This document shows, one piece after another, positions 12,851 to 25,430 of a stretch of 64,000 bases of DNA. How positions within the stretch are numbered: position 1 is the stretch's first letter; every line of letters begins with the position of its first letter. Location: assembly GCA_964234715.1 (NCBI GenBank), contig OZ174278.1, one strand, 5' to 3'. The DNA is from Podarcis melisellensis. Its lineage: Eukaryota. The position numbers and the translations under genes are program-made. Under the pieces are notes generated by a model. The model had not been told where the DNA came from and did not search any database. It saw nothing but the letters and a program-made list of their open reading frames with translations.

Positions 12851-13232
12851 CTTAGTGTAGATTACAGTGTGATTTATAGCTTGTTTCAGTGTTCATTTTT
12901 AGTGGACTTGGGGGCAGAGTTCACCCTTTTCATTCTTGTTCGTAGGTGAACACTTTTAATGTGTTTACGTGATGTGTGTATTCCATGGCATTTTGGATTT
13001 TAAATATCTGATATGTTGTACCGTATTTTAAAATATTTTGTAAGTTGCTTTCAGATGTTTTGTAGAAAGCGATGGGACAAATACTGTATACAATAACACT
13101 ATTGACAGGGGGAAACTGCATTTTCAAGGTGATTGTCAGCAGGGAAAAAGACATTGGGGGTGTGGAGAGGGTTAATTCCCTTCCTTCTATCCCAATCAGG
13201 CTCTCCCCTCTTTTGCTTTTGTTAAGGTAAGT

Positions 13233-13628
13233 TGTTGTTTAGTCGTGTCCGACTCTTCGTGATCACATGGACCAGAGCACGCCAGGCACTCCTGTCTTCC
13301 ACTGCCTCCCACAGTTTGGTCAAACTCATGCTGGTAGCTTCGAGAACACTGTCCAACCATCTTGTCCTCTGTCGTCCCCTTCTCCTTCTGCCCTCAATCT
13401 TTCCCAACATCGGGGTCTTTTCCAGGGAGTCTTCTATTCTCATGAGGTGGCCAAAGTATTGGAGCCTTGGCTTCAAGATCTGCCCTTCCAGTGAGAACTC
13501 AGGGCTGATTTCCTTAAGAATGGAGAGGTTTGATCTTCTTGGGATTCTCAAGAGTCTCCTCCAACACCATAATTCAAAAGCATCAATTCTTTGGCGATCA
13601 GCCTTCTTTATGGTCCAGCTCTCACTTC
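13233..13628 (-). mobile_element. 5'-truncated Bov-B/RTE LINE
   Basis: Translation SILKEISPEFSLEGQILK.RLQYFGHLMR.EDSLEKT.MLGKIEGRRRRGRQRTRWLD is the RTE/Bov-B C-terminus. (CAA)n tail; TSD ttaaggtaagt on both sides. Confidence 0.93.
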
Positions 13629-15105
13629 TTAAGGTAAGTAGCAGGCCCTAATCATATTGTTAAGTAGCTAACATAATATGCAGTTCAGTCATGAACTTTG
13701 TGAGTCCACTGAAAGGTCTTGGGATGTTCAATATTGCAGCACCGCTGAAGCTTTATAAGGTAGAAGAAGTCTCAAAGAGAGATTACTGGCCATCCAGATG
13801 TTGCTGAACTATAAATCCCATCAGCCCCAGCCATAATGGCCAATGGCCGGGGAACATGGGAGTTGTAGTTCTGCCATAACCAGAGGGCCAAACGTTCCTC
13901 ACATCTAAATATACTTCCCACACTAGCTGTAATAACGGTTTGTTCATAAACATGAAGAAACTGTAGAAGTGAATCTGCTTCATCTGACTATATTAACTTT
14001 TCATTATTACTTTAAGACAATGAGCCGAGCAGTAGCTATAATTAATACCCTGACCAGACCAAACCAAACATCCAGACTGCCACGAAAGACTTCTCGTATG
14101 TTCATGAAGTTCCTTATACGGTTAGGGTAACTGTCAACAGCAGACTTTCTGGCTCGAAACAACATTCTTATTATAGTAACGACTCCATCACAGATACCAC
14201 ACTGAAGACTGACCTTCAGCTAAGGTGGCGGAACTGGTGTGGATTTCTTTGCTAGGCAGCATGTCAGTCCCACAGAGTTCCATTCTCAAGTAAACAAAGA
14301 GGTTCGCATTTATATTAACAGGATTAAAGACTGAGATTTATCTGAATTTAGCACATTTTTAATGACACGGAGACAGGGAGCAGAGCACTACTTCCATCTT
14401 ATTGCAATTTTAGACTTTTCCTTTCTTCAAAAAATAAAAATTGCACAACCCTGCTGGTAAAATTAGATTTGAAAGGCTTCATCATTAAAAAGTAGTCTTA
14501 GGAGAATGGACGGTTGAAGACTCTTTTTCTGAGACACAGTGCCCATCTCTGCACCAAAATTCAAGATAAAAAACTCTTCATATATATGAGTAGCAAGGGT
14601 GACGATGCACAAGTGCTTGGTCCCTGTAATGAATGCATATTATGTATGTACCTTTTCTGTTTCAGAGGTGCCATGTGATGCAGCTTCTTTCTGCATTCAG
14701 TATGGATGGGACAGCCCCTTTAGCCATTGCCCCTAGTAGAAAGATAAACCCTGAGTAGGTTCATTTATCGATTCTAGTCAAATCTGCAGCAAATTTACAA
14801 AATCACCAGATTTCAGTTTATGGGTTGCATTCCATTTAAGAATATATAAATGTTCAGTATGTAAAAACGTCCCGTATATAGAAAACAATCAGACCAAAGG
14901 CTTCATCTTACTCTTGATGTGCTAAATTACTGCTTGCAGAGCTTTTTTTTTTATAATGTAAGCATTTTTTAAAATGTCAGCCCCACTCACACACAATACT
15001 GGAAATCTGCTGAACCATGATCACAAGCTGCAGGTCTACCCTTGTACTGCTGGCACAAAATTTCAAAATGAAGACACTGAAATACATTCACCCAATAACA
15101 GAATT

Positions 15106-15350
15106 TAGTAGTACCTCAGGTTACATACGCTTCAGGTTACAGACGCTTCAGGTTACAGACTCCGCTAACCCAGAAATAGTACCTCAGGTTAAGAACTTTG
15201 CTTCAGGATGAGAACAGAAATCATGCTCCGGTGGTGTGGCAGCAGCAGCGGGAGGCCCTATTAGCTAAAGTGGTGCTTCAGGTTAAGAACAGTTTCAGGT
15301 TAAGAACGGACCTCCAGAATGAATTAAGTTAATAATCCGAGATACCACTG
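15106..15350 (+). mobile_element. Tc1/mariner-type MITE, family A
   Basis: Same internal sequence as 7472; right TIR ccactg|ta. Confidence 0.9.
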
Positions 15351-15499
15351 TAGTTGTTATGTCAGTGCACCATGTATTCTTCATCATGACAGACTAAGGC
15401 TGCAATCCGAACCATGTCTAGTCAGAGGTAAATTCCGCTGAACACAATGTAGCTTACTCGCAGGTAAATGGGATTAGGATTGTTACCCAAAAGATTAGC

Positions 15500-15970
15500 T
15501 ATATATAGCAGGAGTAATTATAATAAAAAAAGTTATTTAGGGGATTTGAATTTAATTCTAAATTATATACCGGAAACGTGGGAGATTACAAGGGGTCAAA
15601 AAAATTGGATGTACCGTGCCATATTAGAAGCAAAAAAACTTGTTTTGTTGAATTGGAAGAGCCGCAAAAAGATCCCATTGAGCACATGGATTGACAATAT
15701 GGACAGACTAGTTACATATGAACGAATTGCACATCGACGCAGATTAAGAATGGATAAATATGAAGAAATATGGAAGGATTGCTTAAGAGATAAGGCAGAA
15801 AGTGGTGGGAAGTAGGGGGAGGAGAGGTGGGGAAATATTGTTAAAAAGGTGTAGTTATAGGTATATGAGTACTCAAATCTGAATTGTTAAATTGTGTTAT
15901 TAGTGTTATTGTGGTTTTTGTTGTATGTGTTTTTTGTGGTTGCTGTTTGTAAATAAAAAAAATTTAAAAA
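15500..15970 (+). mobile_element. 5'-truncated L1/Tx1-clade LINE: ORF2 C-terminus, 3' UTR and A-tail
   Basis: AKKLVLLNWKS...PLSTWID...YERI...MDKYEEIWKD resembles a non-mammalian L1 ORF2 tail. GT-rich UTR, aataaa plus A-run, and agattagc duplicated at both ends. Confidence 0.75.
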
Positions 15971-17918
15971 CAGATTAGCCTCTGCACCTGCAAAAAATAA
16001 CAAACGAATTTGCATTGTACTTTTAACATCATGTCAACTACTGAAATAAGAGTGGAGATGCCCCATTGATCAGGCTGAAATAAATGGGGAAACTCAACTG
16101 TTTACAGGAACAAGATGTAAAGAGGCCTGTTGAGAACTATTCTTATCAGATACAGATGACAGATAACAGGTTAAACTCTTTCAAGGACAGTGGGAACAGC
16201 AAGAGACTTGTTCTCTGGGAGGGATAAAGATACAGAGAGATGTTAATGGGCAAGCCCTTATTTCCTTTCTAAAAAAAAATAGCAGTGCTGGTCTAAATAT
16301 GTTGAGCTCCTGCCAGTGAGATTTTGTCTGTGATATATAGAACTCAAAACCAGAATCTGGCACAGAGTTGCTTCTATGGGAAGCAATACTCGAACAATTA
16401 TGTAAGTCGTTGCCAGGCAGGTATGTATGTACTTATTCCTACCCTGTACTGAAAAGTTGTCTTTGGCTAGATCTACCTGTCACTCTTTGCTCTCCGCATG
16501 GAATGTACTAGCCAGATGTAACAGAAGAGATAAGCAGGTTCCAATCAAATGGTTATTGCCACACATTTACTTATATGCTCTCACATCTGCAATAAAAAAG
16601 TGAGTTATTGCCTGCTTACGTTCCCCCATTAAGCGTGGCCAAACAAAACACAAGCCAGAGAATCTGTTGCCGGTACACAGCAGCGCCCGTAGCCAGAGTT
16701 TGTAATGCCTGTTGCACATTCCCATCCAGTAATTCTGCACTCTAGGGCTAGTGAGTAAATCAAAAGGCATTTCTTGAAGGATGATTAAGCAACACGCAGG
16801 CCAAAAAAAAGCGTTAAGGGTAAAGGCGAGGGCAATGGGAGAGAGAGGGCAGGGTGTGTCGTGCTCAAGATATTCAAAGCTTTGAGCAATGGAAATATCC
16901 CGCATCTTATGCAATATCACAGTTCGACAAAATGTGAGTAATAGTTTCCTAATAAAATAAGAGGTGGCAATTATTCCACGCGGCCCCCCCCCCCCGAAAT
17001 GGAGAGGAAGAAAGATCCACAACAGGAGTAACTATCTACGCAGAATCTTTTTCGAACATATACAATCTAAAATGGAGGCGCCTTGGCTGGGGCCCCGAAG
17101 GCACTGCTATAATTCAAAGAATAATAACAGGGTGAAGCTACATTAAAACTGTCTTAACTTTGAACTCCAGAGCTAGTGGCAACTCGTATTGGAACTTCAA
17201 AAAGGGATCGTTCAATTTGCAGCACAGCAACATTATTGAGGGGGGCGGGAAATGAGATCTAATGCCTTCATGTTGTGCCATAAATGTATGTCAGAATGGG
17301 AGGTACAGGAGTTCTTCTTATGAGATAAGAGGAGATATGTAATATTAAAGATCTCATTAAAGCTTTCTCTTTTTTTAAAAAAAGAAGAATCGGAACAAAA
17401 CCAGCGATTTACTGAAACCCAGGCCCAAAGCTATTAGTGAGACTACTTTGAAACTGAAGCGTTTGAGGACGATGCACCAACAGATCCATTTTAGAGACTG
17501 TTACTTCAAAGAGTCTAGGGTGCAGAGATGGTGACTTCCAAGTGCTGCCTGGAAGAGCAGCAACAAGGCATGGGATGATGCACCAAAGCAGCTGTCCCTG
17601 TTGGTACTATTGAGCTACATAGACCCACTGCAATGCACAGCTGCTCAAAAGCTTTCTGGACAAAGCCAGAATGACTGCAGAACGTATGTTGGCCGGAGAT
17701 GGGTGGTGGCATTTTGACAGCTGTCATCTATGAAGCATCATCTTGAAGATCTTTTAGCTTAAGAGAGATAGTTGCCTCATGTCATTGGCACCCCCAACGG
17801 CATTCTTTTAAAAAAGCAGCCTAAATTAAATAAGTGGCATTCCTATAATAATGCCCCAAATCCATCCCTTGAAGCTCTTCCTCATGGAGCTTCCCCCTTG
17901 AAGCTCTTCCTTCTAAAT

Positions 17919-18170
17919 CAGGGGTAGGCAACCTAAGACCTGTGGGCCGGATGCGGCCCAATTGCCTTCTCAATCCGGCCCACGAACAGTCCGGGAATCA
18001 GTGTGGTTTTACATGAGTAGAATGTGTGCTTTTATTTAAAATGCATCTCTGGGTTATTTGTGGGGCATAGGAATTTGTTCATTCCCTCCCCCCTAAAATA
18101 TAGTCCGGCCCCCCACATGGTCTGAGGGATGGCGAATCAGCCCATGGATGAAAAAGGTTGCTGACCCCTG
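17919..18170 (+). mobile_element. hAT non-autonomous DNA transposon
   Basis: TIR caggggtaggcaacct / aggttgctgacccctg; perfect 8-bp TSD ttctaaat. Confidence 0.92.
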
Positions 18171-19305
18171 TTCTAAATAATCCATTAGAGGTTGTTGGAT
18201 TGACCCAACAGAGCCATGCTTTTTACCTGGAGATGTTTTGAACTGAGCCTTTAACTTCTCAGGAAGCTGCTCAGCTTGCTAGTTATAGGTTTCTTCCCCA
18301 CTCTTTGAACACAGATATGTAGTATCAGCATGCAAAGCTGCAATCCAAAACTCTTGTGCAGAGCAATCCCATGCAAGTCCTACTAAGTTGAGTGGGACTT
18401 AAAGCAGAGTCTGTGCAGGATTGAAGCCCCAGTCTTATATGGAAAGCATTTTGCCCAACAAGACCTAGGTCCAAACAAATCTATTTATGGACAAGGATGT
18501 AAGAAATCTGAAAGCACACAGGCTACCTGGATTAGAAACTGAACTTAGACCTTTAAACAGTGGAAAGGGTAAGGTGAATACCTCGTCCAGTACTGACTTT
18601 CAACTTTCTTTGAGCTTTTACCTATAATGCAAAGCGAAGAGAGCTTGGAAAGGCAGTCCCAAAGTAATAAAAATCTTGCCAATATGACTAGAGACGACTC
18701 CCAAGATGCACCAGGAATGGGAACTCTTAAATATCACCAGCAACTGAGAGTTTTGATTAGCAGTCAGAAATTATAGTTTGCTTTTCGCCCACCTTCTACA
18801 CGTTTTCTTTATTGATGCCAAGGGTCACCTGCCTGTTGGCACATTTTCAAGCTAGAGAAGCTGTCATGGGCACCCCCACTCACTGCAACGAACCACACAC
18901 CGCAACCTGTTCTATTGGCTCCAATGACATCTTTCTTCCAAGCCTTGATTTCAGCGGGGAGAAGGGAATCTGCGTGCACCAGGGGTAATCTTCTGTGGGC
19001 GCACCCATACCTTGGGGGTGCCATGTCTTGGCGGCCCCTGATTTAAGTAGTTACTATTTTATTTTATCCCATGTCCCACTAAAGAACCTGGGGCCGCACA
19101 GTTTTATCCTAATACTCCTAAAGCAAGGGTAGGTTGGGTAGGCTGAGAAGGAGTGATGGCCTCAAAGTCACTTTGTGAGCTTCACAGCTGAGTGGCAATT
19201 TGAATTCTGGTTGGTGCAGCACTCTTGACAACTGCATTATGCTGGCTGTAAACATATACAAGTCCTGAGCTTCATTCCCCCCCCCCATAGGATGGCATGA
19301 CATTA

Positions 19306-19556
19306 AAGGGGACCCCTGACCATTAGGTCCAGTTGTGACCAACTCTGGGGTTGCGGCGCTCATCTCGCTTTATTGGCCGAGGGAGCTTCCGGGTCATGTG
19401 GCCGGCATGACTAAGCTGCTTCTGGCGAACCAGAGCAGCGCACGGAAACGCCGTTTACCTTCCCGCCGGAGCGGTACCTATTTATCTACTTGCACTTTGA
19501 CGTGCTTTGGAACTGCTAGATTGGCAGGAGCAGGGACCGAGCTCCACCCGCGTCCC
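19306..19556 (-). mobile_element. Sauria SINE with internal deletions
   Basis: 12-bp TSD ggcatgacatta; lacks ~80 bp of the head and an 11-bp internal segment relative to other copies. Confidence 0.9.
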
Positions 19557-21228
19557 GGCATGACATTAGGATGGTATTATCAGAAATGGGAAAGCAAAGC
19601 GGTCTCATGGTAATTTCTTTAGAGGTTAGCTATACAAGCTTGAAAGGATCAGGGATTTTGGTCACTGTTCTACCAAATTTTCAGCAACAACACTGGGTCA
19701 ATGGACCATTAAGTTAACAGGTGAGGTCCATTGCTTTAACAGAGGAAATGACTATTGCCCTCTTCTTGAGCAAACCAGGAATTATGAAGAATACAGAGCA
19801 AGACTTCACTGGTAGCAAACTGTTCTTTTCTACCCTTTATCTGAATTGGCAGGGGCCCTTTTTTCATAGAGAGTATGCTTTGTTTTCAAAGGGTGTTGAC
19901 TGTTCCAGCGCAGAGGTGGGCAGGCTTGCAAGATTTCTCCTTGGTTTCTTTTTTAACTGAAAGCCAGACTCTGCTGCCAAAAAGATACACACTTATGAAT
20001 TTTAAGTATTCTGAGCCAGGAATCAAGTTTCTGAAAATCAGAACTGAACATAGCTCACAGTCCTTACAAACAAAAATATGCTCCTGGTTTACTACTACCC
20101 CACTTTCAGGGAGAAGAGACATTTTGCTGGTGCTATTGTTAAACAATTGAGAAGTCCTTGCCCATCTACTACAGATTATCCAAAGATCTGCCCAGAGATC
20201 CAGATACCCAGGGGCAGGCATGCTTATTTCTGCTCTCTTATTTCTGAGATTCTTATCCAGCCGCACCAGCTAACAAGGAACCCAGAGATCCACAGGAGGT
20301 TTACATTGTTATGTTAAAACAGCTAGTCATTCACTAGTCATAGCATGACAGGAAACTCTTCCCCTTCACTAACACTTTTGACATTTGCTCAGGGATTTTT
20401 TTTTTCAACAGTTCTGTACAAAAATGCGATTTTTCGCAGCAAGTTATTCCTTGCCAGATCTACATTAATCACTATTATCATTACACCATTCTGTTTCAAA
20501 AAGTTGAGTTCCTTTTTTGAAAAGCAACACGAAATCTTCTACTGACCTGCACTTTTATAAAATCAATATTTTAAAAGGAGCTCAACTTTTGGAAACTAAC
20601 CAGTGTCATTCATGTTTAAGATTTTTCTTTGGTTACTTTCCCTTCGTAAGGTCATATAAAGTGGTTCTACTGCATTCTTTTGTTGCAAGGCATTTCAATA
20701 ATAATAAGTAGAAATCTATGGGGGGTGGGGAATAAATCAAGATCTGACAAGTCTCACATCACAACCTTTTTGTTTTTAAATGAAAAGAAAAACCCAATAG
20801 AACAGCCCAGGACTCCTATAGGGTTCTCTTTGAGTGCAAGTGTGCTGAAAACTAAAACTTATTTTTAAGATGTAATCTGGAGATTGATTAGTTCTGGGGG
20901 AAATTAAGCAGTGATCAAAAATATTGGGGAAGGGGAATTATTGACACTTCTTACAGTCACTCTTTGTGCTACTACAGCATTTAGGATATTAAGTCAAACA
21001 TGTGAGAAATGAAGTAAATGGAAAACAGCTGCTTCCTCTCAACTCCTCCTAGATTATCCTGGCAACTCTGGACTATTTCCAATTGGGCACATTTTATAAT
21101 TAGCGTTATTACAATTCCACCACCCTGCATTCTGTTTCTGCAACTGATTCTGTCAGTCGTCAGTGTTAAACTCAAAAGACACCCAGAGCTGTCTTAAGTT
21201 AACCATTAATTTCCTCACCACCACTCAC

Positions 21229-21335
21229 CTCAGCTTCTGCTCAGGTAACCCTTGAAGACCCAGGCTATCTGGACGGTCCCGTCGCCTCCTATACAGACCT
21301 GAATGCGATAATTCTTTCAGCTGTAACGCAGTCAT
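21229..21335 (-). CDS. LIMS1: LIMS1 alternative first coding exon (middle): MTALQLKELSHSGLYRRRRDRPDSLGLQGLPEQKL(S)
   Basis: aaaATG start, 107 nt ending AG|gtgagt (phase 2; AG+C = Ser). Near-identical to the recalled mammalian MTALQLKELSHSGLYRRRRDRPDSL isoform. Too short for the ORF track. Confidence 0.93.
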
Positions 21336-22366
21336 TTTTGCTCTACCCACAACAGTTGCTCCCCTCCCAGAGCACACAAGAGCTCCTGTTGAACAGCACA
21401 ACTGCCAAGATGCTCGGAGGGAAGACGTCTCTCAGAGAGACTGCACACCTGCGCTGATCTGAATTGCAAGTCTCTCTCCTCACAGGCAGTTTGCTGCTCT
21501 GCTTCCTGTTTCAGATAGGTACACACCCTCCAGAACGGACGGCACTGTGTTTCCTTTAGCGAGTTAAGCCTCCTACCTAAGGGATGCTTCTGTGAGAAGC
21601 TAGGGCTTCAGCTGTTTCGGCACCCAGAAGCAAATGGAACCACTCACTGTGCACCAAAACTGCCACAAACAACAACAAGAAACCTCTTCCTGCCAGTTTC
21701 AAGAAGCTGAAAATCTTCAGCTAAGGATCAACTAAACGGTTACACCACCATGAAGTCTAACAAAAGCAAAACCTATTAGCACTTCATTGATGAGGGAAGG
21801 AAGGCCTGTGGTTTTCTACCTAAGAATTAATTCGGTGTTTAAGGTGGTTTTATATATATATATCTAAAAAATGAAAAGTAGTGAAAGACAGTAAGACAGG
21901 AAAAATACACGAAAGTTTCCCTTAACTTTGAAATACAATGCTGTAGGAGGACTTAAGTTCACGAGCAAAAATAGAAAAGTCCAAAATTGTGAGTATTTTT
22001 CTGTCCAGGTTGCAAACACCAAAGGCTACGTCATTCATCACTCATCACTTTTCCAATGTGCTTTGGGACAAGGTCCACTGGAAACTAGGGAAACAAGGAG
22101 GGTATATAAAAGGCTTTCCTGCAAAAGAGGAAGCTGGCAAACCGGAGATTTCTAAGTCATGCATGCCTCATTTAACCTTGTGATAAAAGCCTAGTGTGAT
22201 TTGCATTAGGCATAATAAAATGATTCGCATTATAACAAAAAAAACGATCACGTATCATGCCACCCACAGGAATTAAAATGTGAAGAAACAACAAAATGAA
22301 CACATATATGACACAAAGAAAATGTGTCTGTGATGGTTGATCTTTTTGTTTAGAAGTATCTTAGTT

Positions 22367-22552
22367 GAGAGCCGGTGTGATGTAGTGGGAAGGCTGTTGG
22401 ACGAGGACCTGGGAGACCAGAGTTCAAGACCCCACTCGGCTATGAAGCTCAATTGGGTGATCTTGGGCCAATAGCTCTCTCTCTTTCTCCATCTAACCAA
22501 CCTCACAGGTTGTTGTGAAGATAAAACTGTGGTAACCACCTTGAGCTCCAAG
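22367..22552 (+). mobile_element. tRNA-derived squamate SINE (second family)
   Basis: A/B-box-like head (gtgtgatgtagtgg...gagttcaagacccc) and cctcacaggttgttgtgaagataaaa body. Related remnants at ~5400-5640 (+), ~6540-6650 (-) and ~19060-19230 (-). Confidence 0.65.
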
Positions 22553-22558
22553 GAGATA

Positions 22559-22784
22559 CAGTGGTACCTCGGGTTACAGACGCTTCAGGTTACAGACTCC
22601 GCTAACCCAGAAATATTACCTCGGGTTAAGAACTTTGCTTCAGGATGAGAACACAAATTGTGCTCTGGTGGCGCGGCAGCAGTGGGAGGCCCCATTAGCT
22701 AAAGTGGTGCTTCAGGTTAAGAACAGCTTCAGGTTAAGAACGGACCTCTGGAACGAATTAAGTTCTTAACTAGAGGTACCACTG
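22559..22784 (+). mobile_element. Tc1/mariner-type MITE, family A
   Basis: ta|cagtggtacctc...gaggtaccactg|ta. Confidence 0.93.
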
Positions 22785-22999
22785 TAATTGTACTAAATGA
22801 TAATAAGACAACTGTATCCGTAATGCTCATATGCTTTGTGAAGAACATCCCATTAAGAATAGCATTAAGAACAGAACAGTAGTCCTGTGGAATCAAAGCA
22901 AAGTTCTGCCTAATTTGGGATCAGGTTTCCTTCCAGTGGCCAGCTAGCTGTTTCTAGGAAGCCCACGGCACAACAACAACTGCTCCCTCCACTTTTTCA

Positions 23000-23220
23000 C
23001 ATGAACACAAGAGTCTGCTGGAACGGGCCACTGGCCCATCTAGTCCAGCATTCTGTTCTCACAGTAGCCAACCAAGATGCCTAGGGGAAACGAACGAGCA
23101 AAATCAAGACACAAGAGCATTATGCCCTCTTGCAGTTTCCAGCAGTGGGTGCTGAGAAGTACTACTGCCTCCCACCACAGAGGCAGAGCGTAGCCACCAT
23201 AACTACTAGTAGCCACCACC
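23000..23220 (-). mobile_element. CR1-like 3' fragment
   Basis: ggcccatctagtccagcattctgttctcacagtagccaacca is typical of antisense CR1-type 3' ends. Confidence 0.5.
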
Positions 23221-23372
23221 AATAGCTACCCAACTGGTACGCAAGAGATACACAGTGGCGGAACATGGAGGTTCGATTCAGCAATCCAGGTTAAGGAGAA
23301 TTGATCCAGAATAATTCCAACTATGCCTATTTAGAAATCCTATTGAATTAAATAAGAGCAAATCCCAGGTAA

Positions 23373-23705
23373 GGGACGCAGGTGGCGCTGTGGGTTAAAC
23401 CACAGAGCCTAGGGCTTGCCGAAGGTCAGAGGTTCGAATCCCTGCGACAGGGTGAGCTCCCGTTGCTTGGTCCCTGCTCCTGCCAACCTAGCAGTTCGAA
23501 AGCACATCAAAGTGCAAGTAGATAAATAGGTACCGCTCAGGCGGGAAAGTAAACGGTGTTTCCTTGCACTGCTCTGGTTCGCCAGAAGCGGCTTAGTCAT
23601 GCTGGCCACATGTACGCCGGCTCCCTCAGCCAATAAAGTGAGATGAGCGCCGCAACCCGAGAGTCAGCCACGACTGGACCTAATGGTCAGGGGTCCCTTT
23701 ACCTT
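23373..23705 (+). mobile_element. Sauria SINE
   Basis: Head to ccctttacctt tail; TSD aatcccaggtaag. Confidence 0.94.
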
Positions 23706-25350
23706 AATCCCAGGTAAGTGGGGCTATGGTTGCAGCCTTATTCTTGGTAAATGCTTGGGTGATGGGAGTTTCCCTGCTCCCCTCCCCTATGTTCCATTGC
23801 ACAAGTAGAAATCTTTAAGCTCATGGAAGACTGAATGCAACCCCATGATATAGACATGCGTTTAAGAATGTTTTCATACAATTTGCAAAGAGATGAGGCA
23901 CGATCCTTTTGTTGGATCCTTTCATTACGGAGGTCAGGTTCACAGCTACCGGGAGTGCATCACTGCTGGTCTCTACTGTCTTTGTTAAACAGAAGGCCTT
24001 GTATGCTTACCCAAAGGTGGAACATACCAGCCTGCACTATAACCAGCAACCAAGACACTATGCATTGTTAAGGCCTCTTCAAACCACCCAATCCTTCCCC
24101 CTTTCTCAGTTTCCAGTAAGTAGGTTATGTCTTCTTGGACCCAGCCATGAAGAATCCGCTTCTGCTAAGAAGATTGCATGTGATGGGGCTGATTCGCTGA
24201 ACATGTGGAGAGCTGCTTGTCCTGCGTCCAATTGCTGTGTGCTGACAAACCCACGTATTGCCCAAGCATGGCTCCCACTGTGCTTGAGGAACCAATTTTC
24301 TACACAGTGTGTCCTTGCACACCTGCTTGGAAGGGGCAGGATTTTGTTCACACCCACTTTAAGAAGTAGAGACAAATTCCAAATCAGCCCTCATTTAGAA
24401 TGCACATCTGGAGAGTAAGAAATTTGGGGTGGGGGGCGAGAGGAAGATCCTGATATTTGCCTAAACATGCAACATTCCATTTTTCAAGTGGGAGAGCTTC
24501 AGCTAACTCTCCCAACATGCAGCAGGTGAAAAATAAGGAAGCAACAGCTTCCTAAAATCTTTCATTAGCGGTTTTTAAGAGGCAATTAGTACTCTCTCAC
24601 AGTTAACAATTCATGTGGCAGGGCTGTTGGGTTTTGTTATGTTCTTAAAGAAATCAGCAGGAGTAACTCTTACAAGAACATAATTGGTACACGTGTCAGC
24701 ATTGCCATTTCTGTCATAGGAAAAAAGTGAACGCACAGGAGATATTTATTAAAGAGAAAACTAGGGCAACATTTGAAAGTTGTGGGTGTAACGGGAGAAA
24801 CAGAGAGGTTTTGCTCAAATAGAGTTGTTTGCAGTTATCCTTCGATGTTTGCTATTTAAAACTAATAAGGCAAAATCCAAACAAGAGAAATGCTACCACA
24901 CACCCTTTCTGTTGCAAATGAGAGCGTATTTTGCTAGCTCCAAAGTACATCATGTGAACCTACAGCTTGTTTGCATGAATGGCTGCCAAATGGAGGTCAG
25001 CAGATGTTTGTGTAGCCATATCTGCCCCAATCTAGCACGGCTTCTTCCAAGGTCAAAATCCTGGTTGCAATGCACTTGTAGAAAAATTCACAAACAGATC
25101 CAGGCATGAACTTCTTTGAAGCCTAATCTTCTGATGACAATCAACATGGCACAATCTCATTTTGCCATAACACCATACATTTTGTACGGTTTCTGAAGCC
25201 GTTCCACCCATTCAGCCATCTTTTCAGTGGCTTTATTTTAACAACTAAATTTACGAAGTCTTAAATGGAACTGGGAAAGGATTTCCCAATCAGAGATAAG
25301 TGAAATGCTAGTAGCTTTTCTTGCAGGGGCGGGAAATCTATTCTGTGTAC

Positions 25351-25352
<2 letters not shown>

Positions 25353-25427
<75 letters not shown>
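25353..25427. repeat. Compound (TC)n(CA)n microsatellite
   Basis: Direct observation. Confidence 0.95.

Positions 25428-25430
<3 letters not shown>

Noticed and set aside
13222-15815. RTE and L1-like ORFs as host genes
   Set aside because: They are 5'-truncated retrotransposon C-termini with tails and target-site duplications.
23373-23450. tRNA genes at SINE heads
   Set aside because: The A/B boxes belong to SINEs with bodies, tails and TSDs; no complete cloverleaf.
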